This document shows, piece after piece, positions 26,513-37,199 of a stretch of DNA of 64,000 nt. The translations under genes were made by a program, and so were the position numbers. Origin of the DNA: a virus. Numbering within the stretch: the stretch's first letter is position 1; each line of letters begins with the position of its first letter. Location: positions 10,633-74,632 of the IMG/VR virus record IMGVR_UViG_3300020406_000005; one strand, written 5' to 3'. The notes beneath the pieces are model-generated. The model saw nothing but the letters and a program-made list of their open reading frames with translations. It was not told the origin of the DNA and searched no databases.

Positions 26513-29500
26513 TTATGCCAATAATTTAAATGTTTTTCTTAAACTGAAAGTTGAAAATCCCCATTGCTGGTTATAATTTAACTTTGCCATGTAAGGTCGG
26601 TTGATGTGCACTATGTCCCTCTCTGGGTCAACTGCCCAACATCGGATTACCGTTGTCTCATTGTTGTCATCTATAACTTTAACAACATAAAAGTTTTTAC
26701 CATTTTTGGATTTTTTGAGTTTGCACTCTCTAGGGATAAACCATGTGACACCAAGATTCGGATCAAATTCAGAAATTGGTGGAATGTAAAGTTCATCAAG
26801 CTTCTGTCTTACACGGGGGGTTACAACCGCGTTGATCGGAAAAACACCCGTTAAGTTAACTAGATATTCTAGCTTCTCTTCTTCTGAAAAGTCTCCCTCT
26901 GGTGCATACTTCTCTATATTTTCCAGTAGTTTCTTCTCTTTTCTTGGCCGATCTTCTGACACGGCTGTCCAGAAGTGCTTCAGTCCAGTAAACCTATCAT
27001 CCACCAAGCTGTTCATTGCTTGAGATAATACCAACGCGTGGATGCACTTCTTATTCAACTTGGAGTAGATTACATCTGGATGAAACAAAAACTCCTCAAT
27101 AGTGTTAAAAGGTCTGTGTTCAATTATTTGCTCAATTGCCTTATCTCCAAGTCCTTTGATTGATGTTAAGGGCTGTATCAATGTGTCCCCTTGCTCGTCA
27201 ATCGCCCAAACAGTACCCGAGGTGTTTATATCTAATGGCTGCACATTAAAACCCATGGATTTTGCTGTGGCGATTGCGCGCTCTTTTCTGGTTTCGGGTT
27301 CCTTGTCTAGGAAGGCCGCTAGCCATTCAGCCGGGTAATAATTAAGTAGATAAGCACACTGATAGGATAAAACACAGTAGGATACAGCGTGAGATTTGTT
27401 AAAACCGTATCCGGAAAAATATTCAAAAGTTTCCCACAGTTCCCTAGCTTCATATTCTTTCATTCCCTTCTTCAAACAGCCGCGGCGGAACTTATCATAA
27501 ATTTTATCCTTCTGTGCCTGGATTGACCCTGTGCCCTTCTTTGTTAGAAGTTTTCTAAGCTTGTTGCCTTCGTCAAGAGTTAAGCCTTCCCCAAGCTTGT
27601 GGGCAAGCATTGCGATCTGCTCTTGAAAAATCAAAAAGCCATAAGTTTCCTCCGTCACAGAGCGGACTGTTTTATTTATATATTCTACATCATCTGGGTA
27701 CTTTTTTGCACCAATAAATTTTTTATCTACATTCGCGGATAGCGGTCCGGGCCTATAAATAGACGTGATTGCTGCCAAGTCGATTATGTTATCTGGCTTT
27801 GCATTCTTGCAAAATGTCTGTGCACCTGTTTCTGTGAACTGGAAGATGCCCGCCCACTTCCCTTTATGGAAGATGTTTTTCCAAACATTCTTATCATTTA
27901 AATTTATCACCTCAGGGTGCAAATTGTTATTATAGTATTCTTTTATTTGATTAAAGGTTGGCTTTTCAATGTTATGGTGCCTTCGAAGGATTCGCTCTAT
28001 AGCACCCTCCATCATTCTTAGGGAGGCTAAGCCAAGGATATCAAACTTAATGAAGCCCATGGGCTCCAAGTGCCTTACATTCTGACCCTCAGACCAGGGA
28101 GTCTGTCTAACACCGCCTGAATTTATAAGGGGCATCCATTGATCTAAATTCTCCCCTACGACTACGCCGCCAGCGTGACGTGATGCAGATCTGGTTTGTC
28201 CATACAGTTTTTCAATATGAGTCTTTATGTGAGGATACTTAGCCAAAAATTTCTGGAGCGATTCGGAAAACTCCATCAACTCTTCAAAGGTTGGCGCGTA
28301 AACTCCAGCAGTGATACCGTGCTTTTTCTTGGCTAGTGGCGTGGCCTCATAGACCATCTTGCTCGTAACATTATTTACTTCAGTAAACTCAATGCCATAA
28401 AATTTGGAAATATCTTTAATAAGAGACCTTAACTGGAGAGTGTTCCAATTTGTAATTGGGACGACAGAATTGTCTCCCCATAGATCAATTAACTCTTCCT
28501 TTAAGGTCATGGGATCCGATACATCGTAGTCAATATCTGGATATCCAGAACCTCCCTTCGTCAAGAATCTCTCAAATTGAAGCCCATACTTGATCGGATC
28601 AATTTGAGTAATCTTCAAGACGTATGCAACCAGTGAACCCGCAGCAGACCCGCGACCTGGGCCGGCGAGTTGCCTTTGGATTGCCACGTCTGATATCGCT
28701 TTCATGGTTAGAAAATACTTAGAAAAACCTCTCTTGTCAATTACAGAGGTCTCGTACTTAAGACGCTCAACATATTCTTTTTTATCTTGCAGGCCAAGCT
28801 CTCTCAAGCCCTCAACACAAAGAGCCGCTAAGGTCTGAGAGGCTGTGGAGCCCTCTGGGACCACAAATTCTGGCAGTCTTACCGTATTATCCGGTAGGAA
28901 TGTTTTGATTCTGTTGTGGGCAATATCATAGGTATTCTTTATAGAGGCTAATACTAACTCATCGTCATACTCAGCACCGACAGATTTAGAATACTTCTTG
29001 TATGATTCCCACATTTGGTCTCCATTTTTTGGATAGAGTTCGTAACCTATCTCTTCAACTGAAGTTGGCAATTCGTCAGATAAATAATCTGGCTTTCCTC
29101 TACCTAGCCAACCGAGTCTCTTGTACAGCTCCCTATCCTTCCACACGTCAACATCATAATAGTGAGAGTCTGCGGTTGAAATAAGATCAATTCCAAATTC
29201 TCGATGCATCTGGATAATATATCCGTTTAACTCGTGCTGCTCCGGTATGTTATTCCACTGTAGCTCTCCGTACCAGCGATCCGAAAAAATAGACTGCATT
29301 TTTTGCGTTGTCTCTCTCATCGCGTGTAAAATAGCATCCGGTCCGGTGTCGCGGTTTTCCCAGTAATTACCGGCATAAACTCCACCGAGACAAGCTGAAG
29401 CTGCGATAACTCCCTCATTATATTCAGATAGCATATCATAATCAACCCTAGGATACCTGTAAAAATTATCACCAGCGTAGGATCGAGATATCATTTTAAA

Positions 29501-29947
29501 GATATTTTGGAGGCCTGTTTGATTCATAGCTAGTAGAATTAAGTGCCTCCTCCTATTCAAGACAGACTTAATTTTTTTCTTGGAAGCGCCCTCATCTTCT
29601 ACAGTTGTTCCAGAATTATCAGCCTCATACTCTGATTTTTTCTTTGACTCTGATTTAATCAGCTCGTACTCTCTCTTCCATTTTTTAACCGATGGGATAA
29701 AGTATGCCTCACAACCAAAAATTGGTTTGAATTTTTTGCCCTGAGCTTTCATCTTCTTGGCGTGCAAAACTTGCCATGCAAGACCATTCATGTTTCCATG
29801 ATCAGTTAAAGCCAAGGCATCCATTCCGTTTTCATACGCAAACTCCATATGATCTGGTGGATAGCCCAAAGCATCAAACGGGGACCCCGCAACAGAATGT
29901 GCATGGAGGCCCACAAAAGGAATCTTGCTAACTTTTCTAGATTTCAT
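26513..29947 (-). CDS. dnaE: DNA polymerase III alpha subunit
   Basis: PHP (HAHS, TDHG, DSH), GPGRGSAAGSLVAY, PDIDYD, HAGG, KFDILGL, YGFNKSHA. Confidence 0.97.
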   Translation of the reverse strand: MKSRKVSKIPFVGLHAHSVAGSPFDALGYPPDHMEFAYENGMDALALTDHGNMNGLAWQVLHAKKMKAQGKKFKPIFGCEAYFIPSVKKWKREYELIKSESKKKSEYEADNSGTTVEDEGASKKKIKSVLNRRRHLILLAMNQTGLQNIFKMISRSYAGDNFYRYPRVDYDMLSEYNEGVIAASACLGGVYAGNYWENRDTGPDAILHAMRETTQKMQSIFSDRWYGELQWNNIPEQHELNGYIIQMHREFGIDLISTADSHYYDVDVWKDRELYKRLGWLGRGKPDYLSDELPTSVEEIGYELYPKNGDQMWESYKKYSKSVGAEYDDELVLASIKNTYDIAHNRIKTFLPDNTVRLPEFVVPEGSTASQTLAALCVEGLRELGLQDKKEYVERLKYETSVIDKRGFSKYFLTMKAISDVAIQRQLAGPGRGSAAGSLVAYVLKITQIDPIKYGLQFERFLTKGGSGYPDIDYDVSDPMTLKEELIDLWGDNSVVPITNWNTLQLRSLIKDISKFYGIEFTEVNNVTSKMVYEATPLAKKKHGITAGVYAPTFEELMEFSESLQKFLAKYPHIKTHIEKLYGQTRSASRHAGGVVVGENLDQWMPLINSGGVRQTPWSEGQNVRHLEPMGFIKFDILGLASLRMMEGAIERILRRHHNIEKPTFNQIKEYYNNNLHPEVINLNDKNVWKNIFHKGKWAGIFQFTETGAQTFCKNAKPDNIIDLAAITSIYRPGPLSANVDKKFIGAKKYPDDVEYINKTVRSVTEETYGFLIFQEQIAMLAHKLGEGLTLDEGNKLRKLLTKKGTGSIQAQKDKIYDKFRRGCLKKGMKEYEARELWETFEYFSGYGFNKSHAVSYCVLSYQCAYLLNYYPAEWLAAFLDKEPETRKERAIATAKSMGFNVQPLDINTSGTVWAIDEQGDTLIQPLTSIKGLGDKAIEQIIEHRPFNTIEEFLFHPDVIYSKLNKKCIHALVLSQAMNSLVDDRFTGLKHFWTAVSEDRPRKEKKLLENIEKYAPEGDFSEEEKLEYLVNLTGVFPINAVVTPRVRQKLDELYIPPISEFDPNLGVTWFIPRECKLKKSKNGKNFYVVKVIDDNNETTVIRCWAVDPERDIVHINRPYMAKLNYNQQWGFSTFSLRKTFKLLA

Positions 29948-30140
29948 CTACTAAACCTTTCATCTCTTCAATACAATCAAGTAGTTCTTTTTTTATTGGG
30001 TTAACTTCTTTTTCGAACATACTCATTATAAATGATTCTTGCTCATTTGTCAATAACAAATAAGTATGCGGAAAACCTATATTTTCCTTGATGTGGTACG
30101 GTATGTTATCATATAACATTTCAATTTTTGTTAAATTCAT
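29937..30140 (-). CDS. hypothetical protein
   Basis: 67-aa ORF. Confidence 0.55.
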   Translation of the reverse strand: MNLTKIEMLYDNIPYHIKENIGFPHTYLLLTNEQESFIMSMFEKEVNPIKKELLDCIEEMKGLVDEI

Positions 30141-30144
30141 AATT

Positions 30145-31005
30145 TTATTCTTTCACAAAGTAGGGCTTTATAAATTTTTTAGAGGGCCTGGTAATAATAT
30201 GATTCGAGCTATAATAATCTTTTAAAGATTCCCAGCTCTCTAAGCTGTAATATTCATTTATCTCTATTATTTTATCCATAGGTATTGTATCAAGATTAAA
30301 AATTTTGTCAAGAGTAAAATTTTTGCCTGACCACCTTTCTGAAAAGTGTATTGTTTTGTCTCCACCAGTACACTGATTTTTTATGTTCCATTTAAACTTT
30401 GGCCAGTCTTCTGGAAAAAATGTAAAACTTAAATACTTATTGTCTCTTACCGTTTCTCCCCTATAAGAAAGAAAAAAAGAATCTGAACCTCGTATTGAGT
30501 CTATGTGATTTTTCAGTAAGAGAGGGTCGTACAGACCGTAGGGAAACGACACAAAATATTTTGTTGGCAAAGTCCACCTGCTAATTTTACTTGAGATCAA
30601 AAAATTTGAAAGGGCACCGTGTAAGATTGACCAACCCAAAGAATCTCTCCGGTCTCTGTCCTTAATCGGAACAGGGGTGTAAAATACAGGAATCCACTTT
30701 TCGTGATAACGCTTTCTCTTTACGAAGTCTTTTTCCCTGAAGTATTTAGGGTCTAGGATATAGTCTCCTATTCTCTTTTTCACAAGAGGCGCAACGTCGT
30801 CATTGCAGACAATCCAGATACTGTCACAGCCTGCGTATGCGCATTCAGCTACCGATCTTTCTACCGCCAAATACCCCTCTCTTATAGGCTGCAAGTAATC
30901 TGGCCAGGGGAAATCAAAGCTATTTTTCCATCCTGCCAAGGGTATTATTCCAGATAGGTTTCTTCCTTGTGGTGACGATATCATGATATCGCATCTTTCA
31001 AGCAA
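30145..31005 (-). CDS. nucleotidyltransferase-like protein (degenerate)
   Basis: GIIPLAG, LQPI, ECAYAGCDSIWIV, SLGWSI. Confidence 0.55.
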   Translation of the reverse strand: MLERCDIMISSPQGRNLSGIIPLAGWKNSFDFPWPDYLQPIREGYLAVERSVAECAYAGCDSIWIVCNDDVAPLVKKRIGDYILDPKYFREKDFVKRKRYHEKWIPVFYTPVPIKDRDRRDSLGWSILHGALSNFLISSKISRWTLPTKYFVSFPYGLYDPLLLKNHIDSIRGSDSFFLSYRGETVRDNKYLSFTFFPEDWPKFKWNIKNQCTGGDKTIHFSERWSGKNFTLDKIFNLDTIPMDKIIEINEYYSLESWESLKDYYSSNHIITRPSKKFIKPYFVKE

Positions 31006-31757
31006 AAGTTTTTTATAAAAAAAACATTTTTTGTATCTTTATATAAATTATTATCTTTTTTTATAACAACTCTTTTATTGTGCAATACGCGGGGTTTGCG
31101 GTACTTATTGCTTCCATTTTTATAAAGGCCAATCTTGTTGCCTTTTATGTCTATTGAGTCTAAATAGCGCTCGACAGCAAAACGAGCCATGGTATCTGAG
31201 TAGTCAAAATCCATGAGATCTTCATAACTAAGGTGTGACTCCGCTACGCAGTCGGTAATATACTTGGACCCATCCACTCGACTTGATGAATAAAAATGTA
31301 TTTCTTTTGCAAAGTTAGAAATAGATATTTTAGGCGGTAAGAAAGTGTGTCTTCCTCCTAAATTTGACAACTCAAAGTCATCATACACTATGTATACGGG
31401 ATTTTCGCTTTTAAGAACTTCAATGTCAAGGTCAAAGACAATAGGCGCTGGTTCAAAAATATGGCAATTGTTAAACTCATACTCTTGATTATGCGAACTT
31501 GTAATTATTTTTAGCTTTCTCTCTTGTAATCTTATATTCTGCAAGTCTGCGTTATCAATCATTTGCCCTTGTAAAGACAGCAGCAAAAACAATCTTGACC
31601 AAGTATAGTCTTGTCTTGGGTTTCCAAACAAGTTGAGACAACACTCCTTGTAAAAAATAGGAATATTACTAGAGCTAAGAATGTGAAAATAATCATTTGT
31701 AAATGCGTAAAACATAGATTCCACGCTAGAACCTATTACAACATCTTTCAATAGCAT
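30981..31757 (-). CDS. hypothetical protein with Rossmann-like N-terminus
   Basis: DVVIGSSVES. Confidence 0.55.
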   Translation of the reverse strand: MLLKDVVIGSSVESMFYAFTNDYFHILSSSNIPIFYKECCLNLFGNPRQDYTWSRLFLLLSLQGQMIDNADLQNIRLQERKLKIITSSHNQEYEFNNCHIFEPAPIVFDLDIEVLKSENPVYIVYDDFELSNLGGRHTFLPPKISISNFAKEIHFYSSSRVDGSKYITDCVAESHLSYEDLMDFDYSDTMARFAVERYLDSIDIKGNKIGLYKNGSNKYRKPRVLHNKRVVIKKDNNLYKDTKNVFFIKNFCLKDAIS

Positions 31758-33994
31758 ATCTTGATATTATGATCATATCTAAGGTGAAAACTAGAATATA
31801 TGTATCTATTGGAAAAATTTTGAATCAGCGCTCCCTGTTCTTGTTCCGGTGGGAGACATGCCTCGTCTATTATAGACATCAAATTTTCATACATTTGATT
31901 TTGATTCCACGTCAATTCAAAAGACCTACCTCCCGTTTGTGTGGCCCAATTTGGCCACATTCCAGAATCGTTAGCAGAGACAAACGTATAGAGTTTAAAC
32001 CTTATAGTCCCTGCCAGAGTAGATGTGATAGTCTCCCTCGTAATCTCAGGAGTTAGCCAAGACTGGTCCTGCTCATCTGTGAATACAATTGCAATTTTGT
32101 CTACATTTTGTCTCCAATTGATTTTGAAGTTCTCTTTGCTTGGAGTCGAGGCGGTCTCTGACAACCACTGAGAACTGCTGACGTCAAAGTCGGCAGTTTG
32201 AGATATATCCCTTGTAACAAAATACAAGGCATCTCTGAGCATCTCTTCACTAGTGCCCATACCTTCGCCATTCAGTGCAGCAAAAGAGGCTAGGAAGTCG
32301 GCAAACGGCGCTATGTCGGACACTAGATAAAGTCTCTCTCTTTCTCTGGCATCTTCTTTCGGGCCCACAACCAAGCCCCAGTGCAGCTTACTTTCTGCCT
32401 GAAAGTGAGCTGCGAATCGATTTAGTGCTGCTCGGACGGCGGATATTGTTCCATCCATCGAGCCAGACCAGTCTAAAATAAATAAAATGTCTGTGTCTCT
32501 TATCTCTTCTCCGTAATCTGCAACCCCATCACAGTCGTTATCAGAGCCATCGCACACCTCTGTTGAAGGCACAACCTCATCCTTACAGAAGTCTCTCTGG
32601 AATCGATCCCATCTGTCATTATTTCCCCACTGTCCTTGTTGGCAGATCATGTTACCAGCGTGGCACACACCAACATCTAAAGTGCCTTCGGGGCCTGTAT
32701 AGCATGCAACCTGAATTTCCTCATCCACTCTACTGTCACAGTCCTCATCAAAATTATTGCATATTTCGTTTGCGACCTCCATTCCAGTATAAGGGTCACA
32801 CGGTTGGCCAGATAAAATTTCTAATTGTGCACACAAGGCGAGACATTCAGACATACTCAATTGCGTGCACCCTGGCGGATCGTCGCATTGACAAGATTTA
32901 AAGCCTTGGCCACACCTCAGAGGTTCTTCTGAACAAGGTATTAATACTCCTACATCTTGGATCGTACAGTCGCAATTTAGACCCTCATCAATTAAACCGT
33001 CGCAATCTTGATCAGCGCCATCGCAAGGATCCACTTCTTCTGATGGTTGCGCAACGGTGCAAGATATCCAATTACCTAAATCACAAGTTTCGAACCCAAC
33101 GCCACAAAGCGTTTCGCATTCCTGAATGAGTTCTTCATCTATAACTCCATCACAATCATCATCGATGTTGTTGCACAATTCTACCGGGACGGGGCCGCAC
33201 TCATCGCACACATTCCTTTGATTTTCGTCGATGAGGCCGTCGCAGTCGTCGTCCTCGTAGTTGCAGCGCTCGTCCGAAGGGCCGGTGGCGTCACATCCCA
33301 CAATTTCCAAATTTACACAATATCCTTGGCCTTGACCGCAATCATTCTCGCAAGGAAATCGACCCTCATCAATCCCACCGTCACAATCATCATCCAGGCC
33401 GTTACAATCCTCTTCGCTACAAGGCTGACAAGGCAGGTGGACTAAGTTTCCCTTATTACAGAGAACCTGCTGCCTGCCAAGGGTGCCATCCTCTAGTTGA
33501 CATTCAAACCACTCTACAAACTCACCACTAGTGCCTGGGGGGCACTCCCATTGTGTGGTGCACTCACTCTGGAAAAGTATTTCTGGAGGGGGGCAATTTT
33601 CATCTTGGCCAAACAGACAGGGAGTGCCGCCTTGGTCACAAATTTCCACGATAACGTTCATTACGTCAATTGTCTGTGCAGGGTTGGGGGGACAGTACCA
33701 CCTCTGGCGGTCGCAGCACTCTGGAAAACACAGACAATACTCGTCTGGTTCCGATGTGGTGGTTGTTTCACATATTTGCTCTGGCGTTAGTTGTGGCTCT
33801 GCATCAGCACCTGCTGGTGATAATTCGTCCACCAGCAAAAAAACGTCTTGTTCTTGCCCTCCGTTAGGGATATTATCAACTATCAGTCGCGGGCCCGGGT
33901 CTTCACTTAGGGGGCCCTCTGTAGAGCTTTTTGGATCTCTACACGATAAGGCCAACAAAGAAAAGAGAAAAATTGTTAGAACCCTAATATTCAA
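31748..33994 (-). CDS. Cys-rich repeat vWA lipoprotein
   Basis: Lipobox LALSC; six CN/DxxDxDCDGxxDE-type repeats; MIDAS DWSGS...FTDE. Confidence 0.8.
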   Translation of the reverse strand: MNIRVLTIFLFSLLALSCRDPKSSTEGPLSEDPGPRLIVDNIPNGGQEQDVFLLVDELSPAGADAEPQLTPEQICETTTTSEPDEYCLCFPECCDRQRWYCPPNPAQTIDVMNVIVEICDQGGTPCLFGQDENCPPPEILFQSECTTQWECPPGTSGEFVEWFECQLEDGTLGRQQVLCNKGNLVHLPCQPCSEEDCNGLDDDCDGGIDEGRFPCENDCGQGQGYCVNLEIVGCDATGPSDERCNYEDDDCDGLIDENQRNVCDECGPVPVELCNNIDDDCDGVIDEELIQECETLCGVGFETCDLGNWISCTVAQPSEEVDPCDGADQDCDGLIDEGLNCDCTIQDVGVLIPCSEEPLRCGQGFKSCQCDDPPGCTQLSMSECLALCAQLEILSGQPCDPYTGMEVANEICNNFDEDCDSRVDEEIQVACYTGPEGTLDVGVCHAGNMICQQGQWGNNDRWDRFQRDFCKDEVVPSTEVCDGSDNDCDGVADYGEEIRDTDILFILDWSGSMDGTISAVRAALNRFAAHFQAESKLHWGLVVGPKEDARERERLYLVSDIAPFADFLASFAALNGEGMGTSEEMLRDALYFVTRDISQTADFDVSSSQWLSETASTPSKENFKINWRQNVDKIAIVFTDEQDQSWLTPEITRETITSTLAGTIRFKLYTFVSANDSGMWPNWATQTGGRSFELTWNQNQMYENLMSIIDEACLPPEQEQGALIQNFSNRYIYSSFHLRYDHNIKICY

Positions 33995-34695
33995 AACTTA
34001 TGCTCCCTAAACGCTTTGGTTGAGTGCGGAAAGTATTCCTCTGCAATTTTAAGACAAGCATTTGCAACCTGTTGAATTTCCCATTGAGCGCCTTCATGTA
34101 ACCTGAGAGATACAAATTTCATGAGATTGCTCAAATTGACTGTACCGTAATACTGTGTATATAAATTTTGAGGCAATACACCTCTTGCCTGTTCGCGACA
34201 GACGCCTGAACTAACCAGCTTATTATACAACTCTAGAGATGAACTATTGTGATTGTTAACGGCGTCTGAGGCCAGATTTTCGGTTGTTGGCCAGTCTCGT
34301 TCAAGAGTCCCATCAATATCAGGATTTATCAGCTTATCCTCACTAGCTTGTCGATTTGATTTGTGTTGAACCCTAAACTGCTCCGGGGAATAAAATTTTA
34401 TATCAACATCAGTGTACCTTCTACTTATTTCATTGTAGGCCCAAGTTCGGTGCCGGTGGTGCTGAGATCTTATGAAGAGGGGCACTGTAAACCTCATTGT
34501 TAAAGCACAATGTTCAAACGGACTTGTGTGGTTGTGCTTCAACAAATAATTGATTAATTTGATATCCTTCTCATCTAAGACGTGCTTTTCAACACCAAAC
34601 GAAACTCTCGCGGAATTTACAATTGTTAAATCTGACCCCATATGTGAAACGTATTCTACGGATCCGATATTGTCGCCAAACAAGTCAAACCTCAT
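33991..34695 (-). CDS. thyX: FAD-dependent thymidylate synthase
   Basis: HTSPFEH, RHRTWAYNEISRRY, EQARGVLP, AQWEI; ATG 34695 after AGGAG. Confidence 0.96.
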   Translation of the reverse strand: MRFDLFGDNIGSVEYVSHMGSDLTIVNSARVSFGVEKHVLDEKDIKLINYLLKHNHTSPFEHCALTMRFTVPLFIRSQHHRHRTWAYNEISRRYTDVDIKFYSPEQFRVQHKSNRQASEDKLINPDIDGTLERDWPTTENLASDAVNNHNSSSLELYNKLVSSGVCREQARGVLPQNLYTQYYGTVNLSNLMKFVSLRLHEGAQWEIQQVANACLKIAEEYFPHSTKAFREHKF

Positions 34696-35008
34696 CAGGT
34701 CTCCTGTAAATGCCAAGGACGTAATTCTCTAAAATTAAGTGATGAATTCGATCTTTAATTTTAACTTCTGAAATCATTGACCTGTCAATGACAATTTTCT
34801 TTTCAGGCTCATGATTAGGATATTTTAAATATCTAAACTGTTTATGGCAGTCTTCAGCTACTGCTACCACAGTAGCTTCAATATATCTGTCTACATCCAA
34901 ATCGTAGTCTTCTGGCAATAAGACCCCTGTATTAGTCTCATTTTTCTGAACATGGGGGACAATTAATAGATGTCTGTTTGTCGGCTGAAAGCGTGAAATT
35001 TTAGACAT
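34685..35008 (-). CDS. groES: co-chaperonin GroES-like
   Basis: FQPTNRHLLI...TNTGVLLP...ATVVAV...ENYVLGI. Confidence 0.75.
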   Translation of the reverse strand: MSKISRFQPTNRHLLIVPHVQKNETNTGVLLPEDYDLDVDRYIEATVVAVAEDCHKQFRYLKYPNHEPEKKIVIDRSMISEVKIKDRIHHLILENYVLGIYRRPDEV

Positions 35009-35273
35009 TGGTTAATCTCCCCACAGACCTTTGGCACTTATTCACATAATCTGATAAAACATCCATGTCTGTTTCTGATTTGTATAATCTATATGCCTTA
35101 ACTGCTAATCTCATCTCTTCTTTTGTTAGCCACCCATTTTCGCAATAAGATTCTCTCAAATCTTTTCTTTGCTCCTTAAACGGCTCAATGGCTGTTTCGA
35201 TAGCCACAAAAGTTTTAATATAGTTTACAAGGTGTTCTTCTTTTGAAATTTGTTTTTCGTTGTTGTTGTTCAT
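35001..35273 (-). CDS. putative dsDNA-binding protein (T4 DsbA/GapR-like)
   Basis: Helical pattern YIKTFVAIE...KEQRKDL...MRLAVKAYR. Confidence 0.5.
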   Translation of the reverse strand: MNNNNEKQISKEEHLVNYIKTFVAIETAIEPFKEQRKDLRESYCENGWLTKEEMRLAVKAYRLYKSETDMDVLSDYVNKCQRSVGRLTNV

Positions 35274-35335
35274 TTTTTTCCTTTCAACATTGTAGATAAA
35301 TATTACTATATTTTTTTAGATTTGTCAAATATTTT

Positions 35336-37198
35336 TTAAATAAATTTTACTTCGCATTCGCCGCCGGCGCAGGCGGACTCGGATTGTAAGTCGGTGTTAT
35401 CTTGTTCTTCTATGACCTTCGTTAGATCAATATCTGACAGGGACTTCATCATGGCCTCATATGTTTCTTTTGAGCAATCTTCAAAAGGTGCTTGTGTATA
35501 CGTGCCGCCATCGTATGGTAAAACAGACAAGCCGTTATAACTATTTCTATTGTCCCACATCCAGTCACCAACATCAACCCACTCTGCATCTTTTATTGAG
35601 ACAGTCGCTGAAATATTATGGGTATTTTGACCTTTGCGGAATCCGGGGCGGACCCACTCGTCTGTAACTCTCTTAACTCTTTTCAGAAGTTGTAGTGCAG
35701 ACTCGGTTCTCAATATTGACCTATCTGGTGCAGTTTGTGGAATCGAAATAACTGCGGTGGTATGTGGACTAAAATATTCATCCTCTACCAGTTCCGGATG
35801 GCTGCTTACGAGATAATTGTAAATTGGTTCATTTTTACCAACTCGCAAACGACGAACATAGTAATCATTATGCCATGCGTGAATACCAGAGCTTGTACCT
35901 AACGTGAGAGACGTTGTACCAGCTGGCTTGACACATGTCGTTCTTGCAGCTGGTCTTATTCCAATTAAATCTGCCGCCCTTTGGTTTTCTAATTTTACAG
36001 CCTCGGCAGCTTTTTTCATGTCTAAGTCGAGAACCTTTCCAGAGGCGATGCCGGTCATGCTAACCCCAATAAGTGCATCTTTTTCTGTTGTTCTTCTCCA
36101 AATATCTCGAAGGTAGTGAAAATCAGTATAGCTCGCCTGAAGAGTGCCTATGAAGGTTGCGGCCCGAACCCTATCCTCTAAATCTTCTTGACTTTCAACA
36201 TTTGAAACATTTACTTCTGTAAGATTGCAAAACTGATATGGTCGCAGTCCGATTTCACAACAAGGGTTTGTGCCCCAGTCTTTATCATTTGAAAAATAAA
36301 AACCAGGCTCACCCGCTCCTGACGCCTTTACTCTTTCCCACAAATTCATAAAATACTCTCTGTCAATTTTGTGACGAAGTAGTACAACTGAATTATTTGC
36401 TCTTCCGCGCTGAGGGTCTGTTTCCCACCAATTTCCAGTCTTTGCTGCAATCATATCTTCATCATCCGCAGAAAACAAAGATATTAGCGCTGCTCTTCTG
36501 ATGCCGCCGGCGAGAACTGCGTCCGCGACGTGACAAATCATATCATGAACTTCGATAGGCTTTAGTTTGTCCCCATTTTGCTTTTGTGATAGCATGCCCT
36601 CTAATTTTACCAAGCACTCCCTGAGAGGTTGGGGCCCAGGGGCTTTGCCGCCAGAGGTGATTAAAGCTGCGCCCTTTGGTCGTATGTCAGAATAATCAAA
36701 TCTAAGTCTTGAGCCGCCTTGAAAGTAAGATCTTACAAGTGCCTTTACTGCGTCGGCCCAACCCTCAATTGAATCATTGACTAAAAATCTTCTAGTCCTA
36801 TTCATATTTGGTCTTGTTATTTCTGGTAGTTTTTCAACATGATGCTTCTGTACACTGTAACCTACACCTGTCCCTCCCAACAAAAGAAACATTGCTTCTC
36901 CAAAACATCTCCAATCATCTGCAGGCATAAACGCGCAGTTGAATATCCTATTGGGTGCAACTTCAATTGGCTTTCCTCCAAACTGCATCGAGCGCATTGA
37001 AGGCAGCACTTTTTTCTCAAAGACCATTTTATACGCTTTATGTATTTGAATTTCCAATTCTGGGAATTTCTTAATGTGCATGTTCATGTTTCTTGATACT
37101 AACTCTTCCCACGTTTCTCTTCTTTTTTTATCCTCTAGGTAGCGCGCATACTTCATATGCACTGTGATTTCTGATAAAATTTTATTTGACAATTCCAT
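35336..37198 (-). CDS. nrdJ: class II (B12-dependent) ribonucleotide reductase
   Basis: LPSMR, FNC, TNPCCEI, CNL, VKPAGT, C-terminal CAGGEC. Confidence 0.9.
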   Translation of the reverse strand: MELSNKILSEITVHMKYARYLEDKKRRETWEELVSRNMNMHIKKFPELEIQIHKAYKMVFEKKVLPSMRSMQFGGKPIEVAPNRIFNCAFMPADDWRCFGEAMFLLLGGTGVGYSVQKHHVEKLPEITRPNMNRTRRFLVNDSIEGWADAVKALVRSYFQGGSRLRFDYSDIRPKGAALITSGGKAPGPQPLRECLVKLEGMLSQKQNGDKLKPIEVHDMICHVADAVLAGGIRRAALISLFSADDEDMIAAKTGNWWETDPQRGRANNSVVLLRHKIDREYFMNLWERVKASGAGEPGFYFSNDKDWGTNPCCEIGLRPYQFCNLTEVNVSNVESQEDLEDRVRAATFIGTLQASYTDFHYLRDIWRRTTEKDALIGVSMTGIASGKVLDLDMKKAAEAVKLENQRAADLIGIRPAARTTCVKPAGTTSLTLGTSSGIHAWHNDYYVRRLRVGKNEPIYNYLVSSHPELVEDEYFSPHTTAVISIPQTAPDRSILRTESALQLLKRVKRVTDEWVRPGFRKGQNTHNISATVSIKDAEWVDVGDWMWDNRNSYNGLSVLPYDGGTYTQAPFEDCSKETYEAMMKSLSDIDLTKVIEEQDNTDLQSESACAGGECEVKFI

Positions 37199-37199
37199 A

